Part shown: piece by piece, positions 13,430-26,511 of the stretch
Numbering within the stretch: the first letter of the stretch is position 1
How the letters are laid out: every line of letters starts with the position of its first letter
From: Azolla caroliniana
Taxonomy: Eukaryota; Plantae; Polypodiophyta
Length of the DNA: 64,000 bases
Direction of reading: 5' to 3'
Assembly (NCBI GenBank): GCA_043228905.1
Contig: JBHGNT010000004.1
Location: forward strand, 19,034,001 to 19,098,000
Translations under genes and position numbers: made by a program
Notes under the pieces: generated by a model
The model's input: the letters and a program-made list of their open reading frames with translations, nothing else
What the model was told of the DNA's origin: nothing
Database searches by the model: none

Positions 13430-14630
13430 TTGTGAATTATAATAGATTATAATTCTCAAAAAATTAATAGGGATTAAGAGATTAAGGATCATATACACGT
13501 ATATATAGCTTATGACTTATAAATCAAAAAGAAATTTTAAAGAAGATAGTTACAAACAAGTAGAGAAAGAAAAGGATAATTTAGAAATATAGAAGTCTTT
13601 CCCTAAGTATAATTTGGAGTGATTTTCTCCACAAACGTTGTGACACAACAACCTTCCTTCAAACAATAATTACTCCAAGAGAGTTGCTTCGTTTGCCTCG
13701 AAATTTAGAACATTGATGTTTGTCATAAAGAGGAAGATTTTGACATCTTATATGTCCACATTGGAGTTTGTATGACCTCCGTAGAGTTGTTTGAAGTTTT
13801 CCGCTGTATTTCACAAGTTCTTCCACTTTCGATCTCCAAGTTAAGCGTGTAAGGACATATTTGAAGCACCTTTTAACAAGGATATACTATATTAAATAAT
13901 TAGAGAAACGAAAAATATATAAAGCGTAATTAATTGATTAATGTGGCTGATAAACTTCTACAAAACAACTCAATTCTCTTCAAATCCTTCACCTTCAACA
14001 ATGATTTTAATGTCAATAGAGCCTACAAACAAAGGCAACATAACTATATAAATCACTAATCTTGATTATAATGAGATCTAATACAATAAAACACTTCTAG
14101 CCTCTAGCCTTCCTCCTTAGCCTCCTACATCTCATTTCTTATAATCTTCTTATTCTCCCTCTTCCTCTCTTTTTCACGCTTTTTTTAGAAGTTTTTTATC
14201 TCCTATTTTTAACTATGACACAATGACCTTCTCATCGTCATATCTCCCTCATCATAATCCAAATTTAGAGATGTAAAATTCTAAAGATAGATCTCTTCAT
14301 GAGCTTTCCAAGCCATATTTGAACATGATATTTGGGTTTCAAACGAAAGAGTTATGACCGTTCTTTTTAGACTGTTTTTAGGTGGCCTATTGTTTCTTGT
14401 TTTACTTTTCTACGTGTCTCTTGCTTTTAATTTGACTTCTCCTTAAGATCTTGGTTCGTGTTTTTGCCCTCCAAATGTGAATGCTCCATACCTTATATTC
14501 TTCTAGAGTTCAATAGCTTGAATTCTAAAAACACTTTCACGTTTATTGTCTTCGAAACCCTATATCTGAGGGATTTTTTGTTGTTCTTTGGTTTTCTGCT
14601 TCAATGAGGGAGAAGCCAAGTGGTGTAGGT
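13430..14630. mobile_element. Old LTR-retrotransposon relic (gag-like remnant near 13650-13720)
   Basis: RVASFASKFRTL resembles Gypsy gag. Boundaries not resolved. Confidence 0.35.
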
Positions 14631-14699
14631 GTGTCCATGTTCATCGTCCCCCATGTTCCTAAAAAAATTCAATGGTTGCATGTTGGTAAATGTTAGAAA

Positions 14700-15281
14700 G
14701 ATTATGGTTAACATTTTGTAGCTTATTCTCTCTAGGTCGTTTTAGCTCTAAGATATACCTAACTAGTGTCTTTATGTCCGAGGTATCTAAGGAATTCTAT
14801 TAGCACAACCATTTTCAATCTCAAGTTGGTGGGATGATACTCTAAGTTGTCCAAGGACAACCCTTAGTGCATTTGGTAAAAACATATCTAGATATTTTGG
14901 TTGTATAATAAATACTAACTCAAAGAAATGCATGAAATGCTCCTTATAATACAACATTTTAGATGGGAGTGGCTCTAATGGGTTGATCCATTTATGTTGA
15001 GTACAAAATTGCCAGATTTTTTGGCATATCACTTTATTGCAGTCCCCATGAGAGATTAAAGTTGTATTGGTCTCGTGGTCCCCAGGAGGTAGGTTATTAA
15101 TGTTTAGGCCGTTTGTGGAAAGCCACCTTACTATAGTGCTATACTAGGAACTAGTATCCCTAGACCCATAGAGTGATTGAGATGCCTCAAAAGCTTGACG
15201 AGATATCCTATCTTTTGATTAACTTTTGCATCCTATTAATAAAATCTACTAGTTGAAAAAAGTGTTTTAACTAGACAGGGG
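14700..15281 (-). mobile_element. LINE ORF2 3' relic (continues at 25272-26243)
   Basis: GQLRVSSHQLEIENG resembles the LINE RT C-terminus. The sequence rejoins across the hAT insertion. Confidence 0.7.
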
Positions 15282-15868
15282 TAGCAATGGGCCCGGTTCA
15301 TCAGTTTCGGTTTTTTGGCTTTGAAACCGAACCATTTATTAATAATAAAATTTGAACCAAATTGTTTGAAAATTTTGAAGCCATTTAAACCAAACCATTT
15401 AGAACCGAACTGTTTAAACCAAACCATTTACAAGTAGGAAAAACCAAACCATTTGCGAAAAATTTAGAACCAAACCAAATCAGTTATCATAAATCCAAAC
15501 CAAACCACTTTTGAGAAAATGCAACAAAAGACATTGCAACATCATAATGTTGTTATAGAGTTGAAACTTGATATAACAAAAGATTATCTCATGTTAGCTC
15601 AAGCTATTTGCCTTCTTCATGTTATGATAAACATTGACTAGTATCAAGATTGATTTGTATGCTCTGTCTAAAACAGAACCAAAGATTAGTTAGACATAAT
15701 AAACAAAAGTAGAGGTTAGATGTAAAAAACTGAACCAAAAACAAATAATAATAAACAGAACGAATAAGAGAAAGAAAAACAGAAATTCACACCACATTTT
15801 CAATGCTTTCTGAAGAAGAATATCATAATAAATACAAATTTACACCACATTTTCTAAAAAGTAAGTTT

Positions 15869-16597
15869 TGTGGAGAATGTTAAGATATAACATAAAAAAG
15901 TAAAGGTATTTTGGAATAAAATCCCTGAGCTTATGAGTCATGAACAACAATCGATCTAATAGAGTTCAAGTCTGCATTAAGTTTGTATCCACAACAAATT
16001 GAACAGTATAAGAAAAATGTGAAAAACCTCTACATAAACTAATGCTCCTCTTTTAGTTTCCAATGTTTACTTTCAACTTGAATTACAGATTCCTAGAAGT
16101 ATAAAATATGTAAAAGAAGTAATTCGTAATAAAAAATTCTTAAGAGATATTCTTAAGAATAGGGGAGAGAGATGGATGGGAATTTAAAGAATAAGAGTTT
16201 TCATGTTTCCTCTCTCATACTCTTATACCCTAAAAGGGGATTAGATTAATCAATTGAATAAGAAAATATTTCATGTTTCCTCTCTCATACTCTCTTGCTT
16301 TTTTGTTTATGTATAAGTATAATTTAGTGTTATTCATACTTTCTTACTCTAAGTTTTGTTTACTCATAAGCATAATTAAGTATTTCTCGATCTCGCATAC
16401 TCTCTTACTCGAAGATTTGCTTGCACATAAGTATAATTAAGTATTATTCGATCTCTCATACTATATTACTCTTATTTGTGGGAAATTTCTCGTCTTTAAG
16501 CTTACAGTGCATTAATCATTGAGCCCCAAATCCTTCTGGTCCAAAACCCTGGCGGTTCCCCCTCATGATCCGCACTAGCTTCCCAATTTTCACGACA
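15869..16597 (+). mobile_element. Gypsy LTR fragment inserted in the 3' end of the outer hAT (left boundary uncertain)
   Basis: Ends AATCCTTCTGGTCCAAAACCCTGGCGGTTCCC...TTCACGACA, homologous to the end of LTR 4490-5863. Confidence 0.6.
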
Positions 16598-18620
16598 TCG
16601 TCTTCACCAACAAGATCATCTAGATTAAATTTTAGTTCTTCATAAGCCATGCGAAAGTTATCTGTTATCCAAACATCTGATTGTTGCAAAACTTCTATCC
16701 ATGATCAAATACACATTTCGGCCAATGTGCATGAATGTAGTTTGATCTTATCATCAAAAGTCACTTTTGCTGCTGAATTAGCCCCTTCAACAAGTATTGA
16801 TGATGTTGGTATAGCAAGGTAACCACATGCCATCCTATATAGTTGTGGCATTGCAAATTTTATTATCATGCCACCATTATAAAGGATCCTTGTTTGCTAG
16901 CAAAAGAAAGTCTTATGAAGTGCTCAATTTCTAACCATGAATCAGAAACAATGCTTTTATTATTTACACCCATTAACCTCCAAATTTTAAAGCTATTATC
17001 AATTGGTTGTATTATGGTTGAAGGTGGTTCAACACCACTCAAGAATGAGTTGTAATGGGATTTAATCATGCTTTCAACCAACTTAATATCCAACTCTCTT
17101 CATGTATGGTCATTTGGAACAAGCAATCTATAAAGGAATGAAAAATATTATTAAACTCAAATAAAATAGAGAAAGCATGAAAACAATTGTAAGACATAAA
17201 GGTAAGTATTACCTAGGATCAAGAAACATTGCAATGTGTGATAGAATAGACTTTAATGATTCTTGATACTTAATTAAATATTGTAAGCAGTTCTCAGACA
17301 CTTTTTGAAGCACCTCTTATGTGAATCTAGATGATCTTGGGTGTGAAGAATCTAGAAACTGATTACAATGATTTAGTAAACAATTATAAGCTAGTGATGC
17401 TAGTGATAATGTGGGATATTTTGATCCTCCTTGAAAGGTAGAAACCTCTGCAAGTGTATCTAGCCATTCCTCCATAACATGTATGTGACTCCAATCTTCC
17501 CCGGTCAAGACATAACCATTGAAATCACTTGAAATGATTAGAACTGAAATTGTAAAATTTAATATATCTCTATCCTTGATAGCTTGCCTAAACATTTCCA
17601 TAGTAGAATTCCATCTTGTAACAACATCAAGCCTTGGAGTTTCCCTTTCACGATGTTCAACCATCCTAGCACACTTCCTAAACACTTCCCTTCGAACCTT
17701 GCTAGATCTAATAGTATGGAGCATTATTCTCAACTTTTCTGTTGAGGGTGAGATAACCTGTAATGTTGACTTGATGCCCAACTAAAAAGTGTGCACCATA
17801 CACCTTAACATATGTGAGGGAGCCAACATTTCCTTACCATGTTCATTTTGTAACAACATGTTAAACTCTTTTGCAGCCGCTTGTGCAACACTAACTCCAT
17901 CAAAAATTGTGGCTAAGAATTGACTAGAAATATCAAAAGATCGAAGTCGACGAAAGAGGGCATGTGCACAACGTTTCCCTGATCCAACACTTGGAAATAC
18001 ATGCACAAAATACAATAGCATTGACCTCGATCTTGTTGTCTCGTGACATGCCCAATGAAGTGTCACTGAGTAGAAGCCCTTTAGACATGCCCACCCATCA
18101 AAAGTAATAGAAAATCTTGATTGGCTTTTCGGTAACAAATCTATCACTTGATGGCACAACACCACAATGTCATACATTTCTAAGATGGAATGTTTAATCG
18201 TGTGCCTTGTCTTCATCTAATATTGAGGTATAAGTTGTTGTATGAACTCTTTAAATTCATGTGATTTCTCATGTGTATGGGGCAAAGTTCCCTTGACAAT
18301 ATACTTCGTGATGACACCATCAATTTTCTTCTCTAAAACACGAGATACTTTAACAGACTTAATAGAAGATTGAAAGGCTTCGAAATACCTGAATTTTTAT
18401 TTGGATCGTTTGATAGATGATGCTTTTTTACTAAATGCTTAGCTATAGTACCCGTGGATTTTGTTGAAGACCAATAAACATGACAATGATGGCGTCGTCA
18501 TCGAGGTGTGCCATTATTCATGTAAGATATGATCTGAGCATCTATCCGTGATGTACGTTGCCTTTTTCTTGATATGCTTGTTGGCCCATGGCTAACATTA
18601 ATTGACGATGAGTCCATTGC
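16598..18620 (-). pseudogene. hAT (Ac-like) transposase pseudogene with intron at about 17128-17212
   Basis: FSITFDGW, LRCMVHTF (CxxH), RLDVVTRWNST, YPTLS, MFLDPR and GYLAIPTSS dimerisation remnants. Stops present. Confidence 0.85.
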
Positions 18621-21600
18621 TGCATGAGCTTGAGAAGACGATTCCATTTAATGTTGTTCCTATAAAAACATAAAAAAGAAAGCATGATTATGTATCTAAT
18701 ACACATAATTTGTCCATAAGATAGTAACTACCATGACTATGACTCATATATGCATCCTCTTATTAATTAAAATGGTCATATTGCATACAATCATCTACCA
18801 CATATTCTTTACCATACCCTATAAGTCATGTGCATGCATGTTCTTATCAATTTTGCATAATTATAATTACACGGGATATTAAAATGTCCACAACCATTAA
18901 CCCTATGTATCAATGGTCTTTCTTATCTATCAAAGAGCTCATACCCATAATTCCTACAAATCCATGCTATTATCCATGAAAATGCTCATACACACATGCC
19001 CTTCTCAATCAAAACAATGATATTCATGACATTCATGTACCTCCCTTTGATTATCAACCAAAAAGCCTATTTGATGCTTCTTATGGTGGCACAAGTGTAA
19101 ATACATAGTTAAAGTTCTTCCACAATTTAGGATTGAATCTATATATGATTAGGAACAAGATTATATTGTACTATTGCATTTCAAAAACTAGGAAGATGTC
19201 CAATATCATCAACATGGCTCTACATGAGCTTACGGTAGTAAAAAATACAATTCCAATGGAGATTCAAGAATGTCAAAGAATTGCCTGAATGAGTTTCTCA
19301 TCCATTCCAACATAGATGTGTAGAACTAAGTTCCAATGTTTTTGGTTCGCCCATCATCGAGATTGTTTAGCCACCATCATTATGCTCTTCATTTTGCATA
19401 CATTCTAGCTCTCCAGGAACAAAGAAGCAACCTAATCAAGCCATTTCCATTTCTTTGCTTCCCTTGACCAATTAGAGCATCAAGATCAACAGGAATTAGA
19501 GCGTTCAAATCAACAACAATCAGAGCATTCAACAGCACTAGAAACAAGAATAAAGGAACAAGAACCAGAAATGACGACAAAAGAAATCATCATAAGAAAC
19601 ACGAAATTCATAAACTCAAAATTTACTTCACAAATAAAAGAAAACCAATCATGGCCATAGTCGAAAACCCAGACATTGTTGCTGGTACAATAACAACCAA
19701 GATTTGTAAATATTGAAATCCCAACGTTGAAGTGCTAGAACAATTAGATGGGATGATTGATGAGTGTACACATAATGTTGGTTAATGGAGATTTTGGATA
19801 AGACATAGGCCCATGTGTTCGTGGACAACAATGTGATTGATCTAACGAAGCCGATTATGGTGTCCGTATAAATCTAAGGTTTACTATGTAAATAGACATG
19901 GATGCCCTATTACATACACTTGATCTTGTTACTTGTTGATAGCATTCACCTGGATGTCAGCTCTGATATGCCAAGAGCTACATATGTAGGCAAGAATCTC
20001 CATTCTAGATATGAGAATGTTGATTTCTCCTCTATATGGTATATAACAAGATGGAGGAGGGCTTTGATCCTTAAACTTTAAACCCTAAACAGGTCGGCTC
20101 AAGTGTTAGATGATTGAGTGTCTAATATCTTGCTCCTCATTTCTTATTACTTTCCTCCCTTCTATTTCATTGATATGAACTTGCAATGTGATCCTCTATG
20201 ATCCGAACCAAGGTAGCAACATGCCCTTTGCAAGGCAGGGCCATCTTCATGTCAGCAGTATGAACAACCAACCAGAAGGTGAACCCAGAAAGATGGAATA
20301 CCATGGCCAAGATCGGGGTCATGGCCTTCGGAGAGTTTCATGCTACCATCATTAGAGATTAGTTATGGTAACCAACTATGACGTTGAGATTAGGTGCTTT
20401 CTTCAGCTTGTGAATCAGAAGAACCTTGGTACATGTAACATGGTTTCTCAGAGTTTTCTGCTAAATCAATTCGAATAGGGTAGTAATGCTGATGATCTTT
20501 CTGGCTGTTGTCTTCACTGTGAATTTAGTGTTTAATGGTTTACTAGGTTAGAGTTTAGATGGTCTTATTAGGTTTAGAGTTTTGGGGTTGAGAGTTGAGG
20601 GTGAGGATTAAGGATTAGGGATAGGGTTTAGATTTTAGGTTTTTATGGTTAGCAAAATGCATACAGAAGAACAGAAGGCAAACCATCGATAAGGTTATCT
20701 ACCTAAATCTGGGCACAAACCAGAATTATGTGTAATGGAACAAGTTCTTATGCAAAATTTGCCTCCATTGCAAAGAACCCCAAAGCACCAGATCTTACCA
20801 ACCTCCACATATAAGGAGAAGGAGCTTTAGAAAGATCGAATCAGCCTCATAAATCTGATGAAATTATGCCAAAAAAGGACTTGTATGTACACAAACGACA
20901 GCTTAAGCAACAGAAGATATGGACATGTGTAGAGATGAGATGAGAGATAGAGTGTGTTTATTTCATACACGTGTATTATAATAAACTGTAGGAGGAGGTG
21001 GTAATCTGTAGGAGGCACGCAGAAACAGAGTCATGACTTAGAAGTTAGAACAAAAGAGGTAAAAATCTTAAGTTAAAAGTTAAAACTAGGGTCTAAAATT
21101 AAAAGTCGAAAGTTAGAGGGAAATTTTAATCATGAAGAGAAACAAGTATGTAAGTTAGTTGGACATCACATTCGTCATTTGCTCTGATAAGAAAGGTTAG
21201 GGGATGTTGAGAGACATATTCATGGTAATGTTATGAATATGTATCTCTCTATGTATGTAAAGATGACTAACAAGCATAGTTCCTAATATTCGCGTACGTC
21301 CAATTTATTGGACGTACGCGAACGTTTGCAAACGTACGCGTATGATATGCGATATTCGTTTGGGTTTTTTTTTTTTTTGGGGGGGGGGGGTTTGGGTGTT
21401 TTTTTGGGGGGTTTTTTCTGATGCGTCGTTGCGTTGTGAGCACTGAGCAGTGAGTCAGTGACGAGTGACGAGTCTGAGTCTCTGAGAGTTTGAGAGTTTG
21501 AGAGTTTGAGAGTTTGAGAATCGAGAGTCCTCAGTCAACCGTAGAGAATCGAGAGCTTTGAGTGAAAATCAGATTTCTGTGAAGGACAAAACGAATAGGC

Positions 21601-22565
21601 TGATTTCTAATTTCTAATTTCTGATTCCCAAATCCCGAATCCCGAATCCCGAATCCCGAATCCCGAATCCTGATTCCCGCTAACCCGCGGGCCGCCTACA
21701 ACCTGCCGCCTTACCGATTTGTCTCGTTTGATTCTTCTTGGAAGCGTAAAGGTAAATTGTTATCCTGAATTCATGTATTTCTAATGTCTATACAATTGTT
21801 AAATCATTCAATGAGCATGAGATCAAACCCTAAAACGAAAATTTGGGAAAAAACCCTCAAAATCTTAACAAAAACCCAAGAACTCATAAAACACTAAATG
21901 AGATTATGGAATTATGGATGTTTGTATGTGCAAATCAGCTTTAATTTCAGGTTATACATACTACAAATGCATGTTTTTCTCAAATAATGGATGCAAGGGA
22001 TAAGAAAACTAGACATGTCGCCCTTCCCCGCCCCTTCACTACCCATTTTTTTGGTTTTTTTAATCGAATAATTGAAAGAGGAAGAGAAACAACAAATTGC
22101 ATGATGCATCTTTTTCTTAGGTTTGTGATTTGTCTTGCATGGGATTGAGAAGGTCTTAATGTGCTGAAAAGTAATACCTCTTGGCCATATAGGATTCGTA
22201 ATAATGTAGAGAATTTAACTAGTTGTTCATGTTTTCATCTAATTGAAATTTGGCCTTTGGAGAGAGATAATCACCATTGAACCTTTTGGCTTTTAGCCAT
22301 AGAAATTTTTGATATTGAAATTTGAAACATAAGATAGAAAGTAACATAGAAAGTGACGTAGAAATGAATTATATTGAGGCAATGTTGCCCGAAATAGAAT
22401 AGAACTTAATAAACTCTGAGAAGGAAAAGCACCTCAAAAGGATTGTAGTTTTATTAAATCAATGTAATTGTAGTTTTCTAATGTTCTTTTATATATTCAT
22501 ATCAACGTGATTGTAGATTTGTTAAGTCACTTCCTAGTTGATTTATAAATTAATGTGATTGTAGT

Positions 22566-24626
22566 ATGGGCAAACAAAAGAGCTTTTTATGGGACCACAT
22601 TACTGTCGTGAAGAGAAACGATAAAGGAATGCATATAAATGAATGCAAACATTGCAAACACGTGTTTGCTGGTGGTCCACACCGAATTAAAGCCCATCTT
22701 TTGGGGCTAAAAGGACAAGGTGTGGATAAATGCCGCAAAGTCACTGGAGCAATAAAAGATGAGATACAAAAATTGGTATCGGATGTGGATGCTCATGAAA
22801 ATATTAATGCTAATGAAAATTCTATTACAGAAAGTGAGAATAATGTCGATGTAAGTACATCTAATGCCAATGTTGTGCCATCTACTTGTGCATCTGTAGT
22901 TGACATGTCATCTTCATCATGTAAGAAGAGGACAATTGAGAATTCTAGTGGATCCCTACAAATCTCTTGGCAAAAAAGTTTGAATAAAAATGTCGATGAA
23001 TCAGTGAGAAGATTCTTTTTTGTAGAGGATATTCCACATCTTAAGGTTGATAGTTCCTTTTTTCATGATATGGTTCAAGCAATTGCAAAGGCTGGTCCGT
23101 CATATAAGCCACCAAGTTCTTTCCAATTGGGAAAGAGGCACTTAGATGAAGAAGTAAAAATTGTTGAAGATAAACTTTCATGCATCAAAGAGAAATGGAA
23201 AATATATGGATGCACTATAGTCAGTGATGGTTGGTCAGATACTAGAAATAGGCCAATAATTAATGTTCTAGCTTCATCAATGTTTGGTTCACTGTTTTTG
23301 AGGTCCGTGGATACAAGTGGAGAATGTAAAACGAGGGAGTATATCTTTAATATTCTAAAAGCTACCATTCTTGAAATTGGCCCAACAAATGTTATGCAAG
23401 TATGCATGGATAATGCATCAAATTGTGTGGCAGCGGGACATATGATAGAGAAAGAGTGGCCCATGATATTTTTTACTCGATGCACATGTCATTGCCTTGA
23501 TTTGTTGTTTGAGGATATAGGAAAATGTGCTTGGGTTAATGATGCTTTGAGATTAGGTATGAAGGTTACTACGTTCATCACAAGAAAGCTATATGTGCTT
23601 GCAATGTTTCGCAAGTTTAGTAAAAAGGAATTGTTGAAGCCTTCTACTACAAGGTTTGCTTATAGTTTCATTGTGCTATCAAATTTGTTAGATGATAGAG
23701 TGTATAGTGGTTTAAGAAGAATGGTAGTTAGCGAAGAATGGTGCCAATGGAAGGGATCTAAAACGCAACAAGCAGAAGAAGTAGTTTCGATAATATTGAA
23801 TGCTTCCTTTTGGTCAAATGTAAAGATGATAGTGGAAATATGCTCACCAATTTTAAAAGTGTTGCGATTGGCGGATAGAGAAGGTGCAACAACGGGGTTG
23901 ATATATGAATGTACACGACGAATGGTAGAAGAAATAAATAAAATGCAAGGAATCAATAACATGTTGCTTGATGAAATTAGAGGATTATGCATGGATAGAT
24001 GCAAAATGTTACATTCACCATTACATGCAATTGGATATCTCTTACATCCAATTTGGTGGGAAAATTCTCAAGTTTTTGATAATGTGGTGAATGCTAGTTG
24101 GATAGACACCATTATGCGATATGCAAATGGTGACATTAAGATGCAAGGTAATTTATTAGATGAGTATCATGCTTATAAAACTAAAGAGAAGGGTATTTTT
24201 CAACTTCCACCTTCAAATGATCCTACTAGAATGAAAGAAGGTGTTAAGTGGTGGGAATTATTTGGAGGAGAAACCCCAAATTTAAGTAAACTTGTGATAC
24301 GAGTGCTTTCTCAAGGTACTTGTGCATCTCCATGTGAGAGAAATTGGAGTACCTTTTCATTGATACACACTAAGAGGAGAAATAGGTTGAGTCATGATCA
24401 TATAGAGAAGCTGGTATACTTGCATACAAACCATCGTCTATTAAAGAAAGTCAAAGAAAGAGATGCATGCCGTATAGAAGTGACTTTGGATATGATTAAT
24501 AAAGAAGAAGATGATGATAGGCTTTTGGTATTGCAAAGACAACATGCAACTATGGTTAATGAGGATTTCGAAGAAGATGATGATGATGGGCAAGATGTTA
24601 ACATTGACAATGCACCTCAAGAGTAG
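22566..24626 (+). CDS. hAT transposase, 686 aa (BED finger, DUF659, C-terminal dimerisation domain)
   Basis: LWDH..CKHC..RIKAHL BED finger. Catalytic SDGWSD, MDNAS and SPCERNWS. Also CTCHCLDL, TRFA and RRNRL. Confidence 0.93.
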   Translation: MGKQKSFLWDHITVVKRNDKGMHINECKHCKHVFAGGPHRIKAHLLGLKGQGVDKCRKVTGAIKDEIQKLVSDVDAHENINANENSITESENNVDVSTSNANVVPSTCASVVDMSSSSCKKRTIENSSGSLQISWQKSLNKNVDESVRRFFFVEDIPHLKVDSSFFHDMVQAIAKAGPSYKPPSSFQLGKRHLDEEVKIVEDKLSCIKEKWKIYGCTIVSDGWSDTRNRPIINVLASSMFGSLFLRSVDTSGECKTREYIFNILKATILEIGPTNVMQVCMDNASNCVAAGHMIEKEWPMIFFTRCTCHCLDLLFEDIGKCAWVNDALRLGMKVTTFITRKLYVLAMFRKFSKKELLKPSTTRFAYSFIVLSNLLDDRVYSGLRRMVVSEEWCQWKGSKTQQAEEVVSIILNASFWSNVKMIVEICSPILKVLRLADREGATTGLIYECTRRMVEEINKMQGINNMLLDEIRGLCMDRCKMLHSPLHAIGYLLHPIWWENSQVFDNVVNASWIDTIMRYANGDIKMQGNLLDEYHAYKTKEKGIFQLPPSNDPTRMKEGVKWWELFGGETPNLSKLVIRVLSQGTCASPCERNWSTFSLIHTKRRNRLSHDHIEKLVYLHTNHRLLKKVKERDACRIEVTLDMINKEEDDDRLLVLQRQHATMVNEDFEEDDDDGQDVNIDNAPQE

Positions 24627-24886
24627 AGAGATGAGATTAACTATTAGTACTATGAATTTAGAGCTACTTTCTAGGTTAATGTTCATGTTTGAAGTTTGAA
24701 CTTTGGATAAATTTTGGTTCATGTTTAGAATTTTGGATGCTATTTTGTTAGTTTTCAATGAATTTATGGTCTTGATTTTTGTTTATAAAAATCTTGATTA
24801 TTTTTTATTTTTCATATTTTAAATTTTTTTTAGAGTAATAAAAATAAAAATATAGACGAATGGATTCCAATCATACTTGGAGCCAT

Positions 24887-24957
24887 TTCACGTATGAGTA
24901 TGATACGAATATTCACGTATGAGTATGATACGAATATTCACGTATGAGTATGACACG
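24887..24957 (+). repeat. Three 25-bp subterminal tandem repeats of the inner hAT
   Basis: TTCACGTATGAGTATGATACGAATA about three times. Confidence 0.9.
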
Positions 24958-25271
24958 TTTGAGACGTATGGCTAGAACTATGCTAACAAGTTGTAATAGG
25001 GGTTTTTTTTACATGCAATTAATATAATTGTGTGATTTTACCAAAAAAAAAAAAGAGGGAAAATTTAGGATTTAAAAAAAAGTTATAAACCTATAAACCA
25101 AACCTTTAAACCGATAAGCTGCTAAACCGCTAAACTGTGAAACCCAAAAATCGAACCGAATAGTATCCTTTGAAACCAAACCAAACTATTTATTTAACTT
25201 TTAACCGATAAACCATTAAGCCACGACTTAACTGTTTGGTTCGGTTTGAGCCGAAACCGGGCCCGTTGCTA

Positions 25272-26243
25272 CACGGGGGGTAAAGTGAACTCTACTATAA
25301 TGATTTTATGTGGCAAAGCAACTAGGAGAGATGAAAGTTGTATTGGTCTCGAGGTCGTACCTAAGAGGAGGTAGATTATTAATGTTTAGGCCGTTTGTGA
25401 AAAGCCACCTTAGCACAGTACTATACCAGGAGCTAGTATCTCTAGACTTGTAGAGTGATTGAGATTGTCACAATTCTAACTCTTGACATGACCATATTAT
25501 AAACAAGTGTTATGTGTTAACTAACATATCTAGTATACAATCATGTGTGTAATTGCTCCTTGTAGTTTTTAGCTAGCATCATGTGCATAGTTGCTCCCTT
25601 GTATTACTTACACTTGGCACATGCATGCGTACCTACATGTTCTATTGTATCACATGTGTGCAATAGCTATGTATGCCGCTTAGTATAAATAATTGAGTTC
25701 ACCTTGAAGGAATTCAAAGTGAACAACACTAGTTATAGAGTCTTTCAGTTAATACCACTTATCCATTTGGTTATCTTCTTTCTAGTCTCTTGAGCTTATG
25801 ATCTATCCGTGACAGAGATGCCCCGAAAGCTTGACGAGATATGCTATCTTGTGATTGTCTTTTGCATCTTATTAATAAAAACTACTAATTCAAAAAAGGG
25901 CTTCAACTAGCACAAGGGATAAAGTGACCTCTACTATAATGATTTTATGTGGCAAAGCAACCATGAGAGATGAAAGTTGTATTGGTCTCATGGTCGTACA
26001 TAAGAGGAGGTATATTATAATTAATGTTTAGGTCGTTTGTTGAAAGCCGCCTTACCATAGTACTATACTAGGAGCTAGTATCTTTGGACTCTTAGAGTGA
26101 TTGAGATGCCTCAAAAGCTTGACGAGATATCCTATCTTGTGATTGGCTTTTACATCCTATCAATAAAAACTACTAGTTGAAAAAAGTGCATCAACTAGCA
26201 TAGGGGGTAAAATGAACTCTACTATAATGATTTTATGTGGCAA
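25272..26243 (-). repeat. Tandemly repeated (about 290-bp unit) LINE relic
   Basis: GAAAGTTGTATTGGTCTC...AAGCTTGACGAGATAT...GATTTTATGTGGCAA recurs at about 15055, 25330 and 25970. Confidence 0.8.
25466..25814. mobile_element. Solo LTR, 349 bp
   Basis: TGTCAC...GTGACA termini, perfect 5-bp TSD GAGAT. Confidence 0.9.
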
Positions 26244-26321
26244 TGTTAATTTACTTCGGATTTGTTATGATAACATCATGACCAATGGTCTCTCTAATTG
26301 TCAACACACGAAAGGTGGTAG

Positions 26322-26511
26322 AGTTAGAGCTTAATCCTAATGTAAGCAAAAGATAAGGAAATATAAGATAGGAAAATAAAGAAGAGAGAGAAAGAAGGGT
26401 GTCGATCCACCCGACCACCCCCGAGCGAAGGGATTGAGATGGGCTCAAGCCTCGATCGGCGTCCCATACCACCGTCATGGCATCGAGTCATACCTGGTAT
26501 TGCACACTCTG
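26322..26511 (-). mobile_element. 3' half of a split chromovirus solo LTR (other half at about 32488-32795)
   Basis: Reverse-complement match to 40020-40206. Outer flanks GGTAG (26317-21) and GGTAT (32796-800) form a near-perfect TSD. Confidence 0.75.

Larger units (their letters stand above)
21275..24982 (+). mobile_element. Intact hAT element (DUF659 type) nested in the outer hAT
   Basis: Perfect 8-bp TSD CTAACAAG (21267-21274, 24983-24990), TIR CATAGTTC/GAACTATG, CGTA-rich subterminal motifs. Confidence 0.95.
15282..25271 (-). mobile_element. Decayed hAT DNA transposon (outer, about 10 kb with nested inserts)
   Basis: TIRs TAGCAATGGGCCCGGTT / AACCGGGCCCGTTGCTA, imperfect TSD (G)ACAGGGG / CACGGGGG, AAACCA/AAACCG subterminal repeats at both ends. 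Confidence 0.85.

Noticed and set aside
19000-21260. Captured host-gene cargo in the outer hAT
   Set aside because: No ORF or motif could be assigned. It may be transposase leader and introns or TE debris.
24887-24957. CRISPR-like 25-bp repeats
   Set aside because: No spacers, eukaryotic context, and located at a hAT subterminus.
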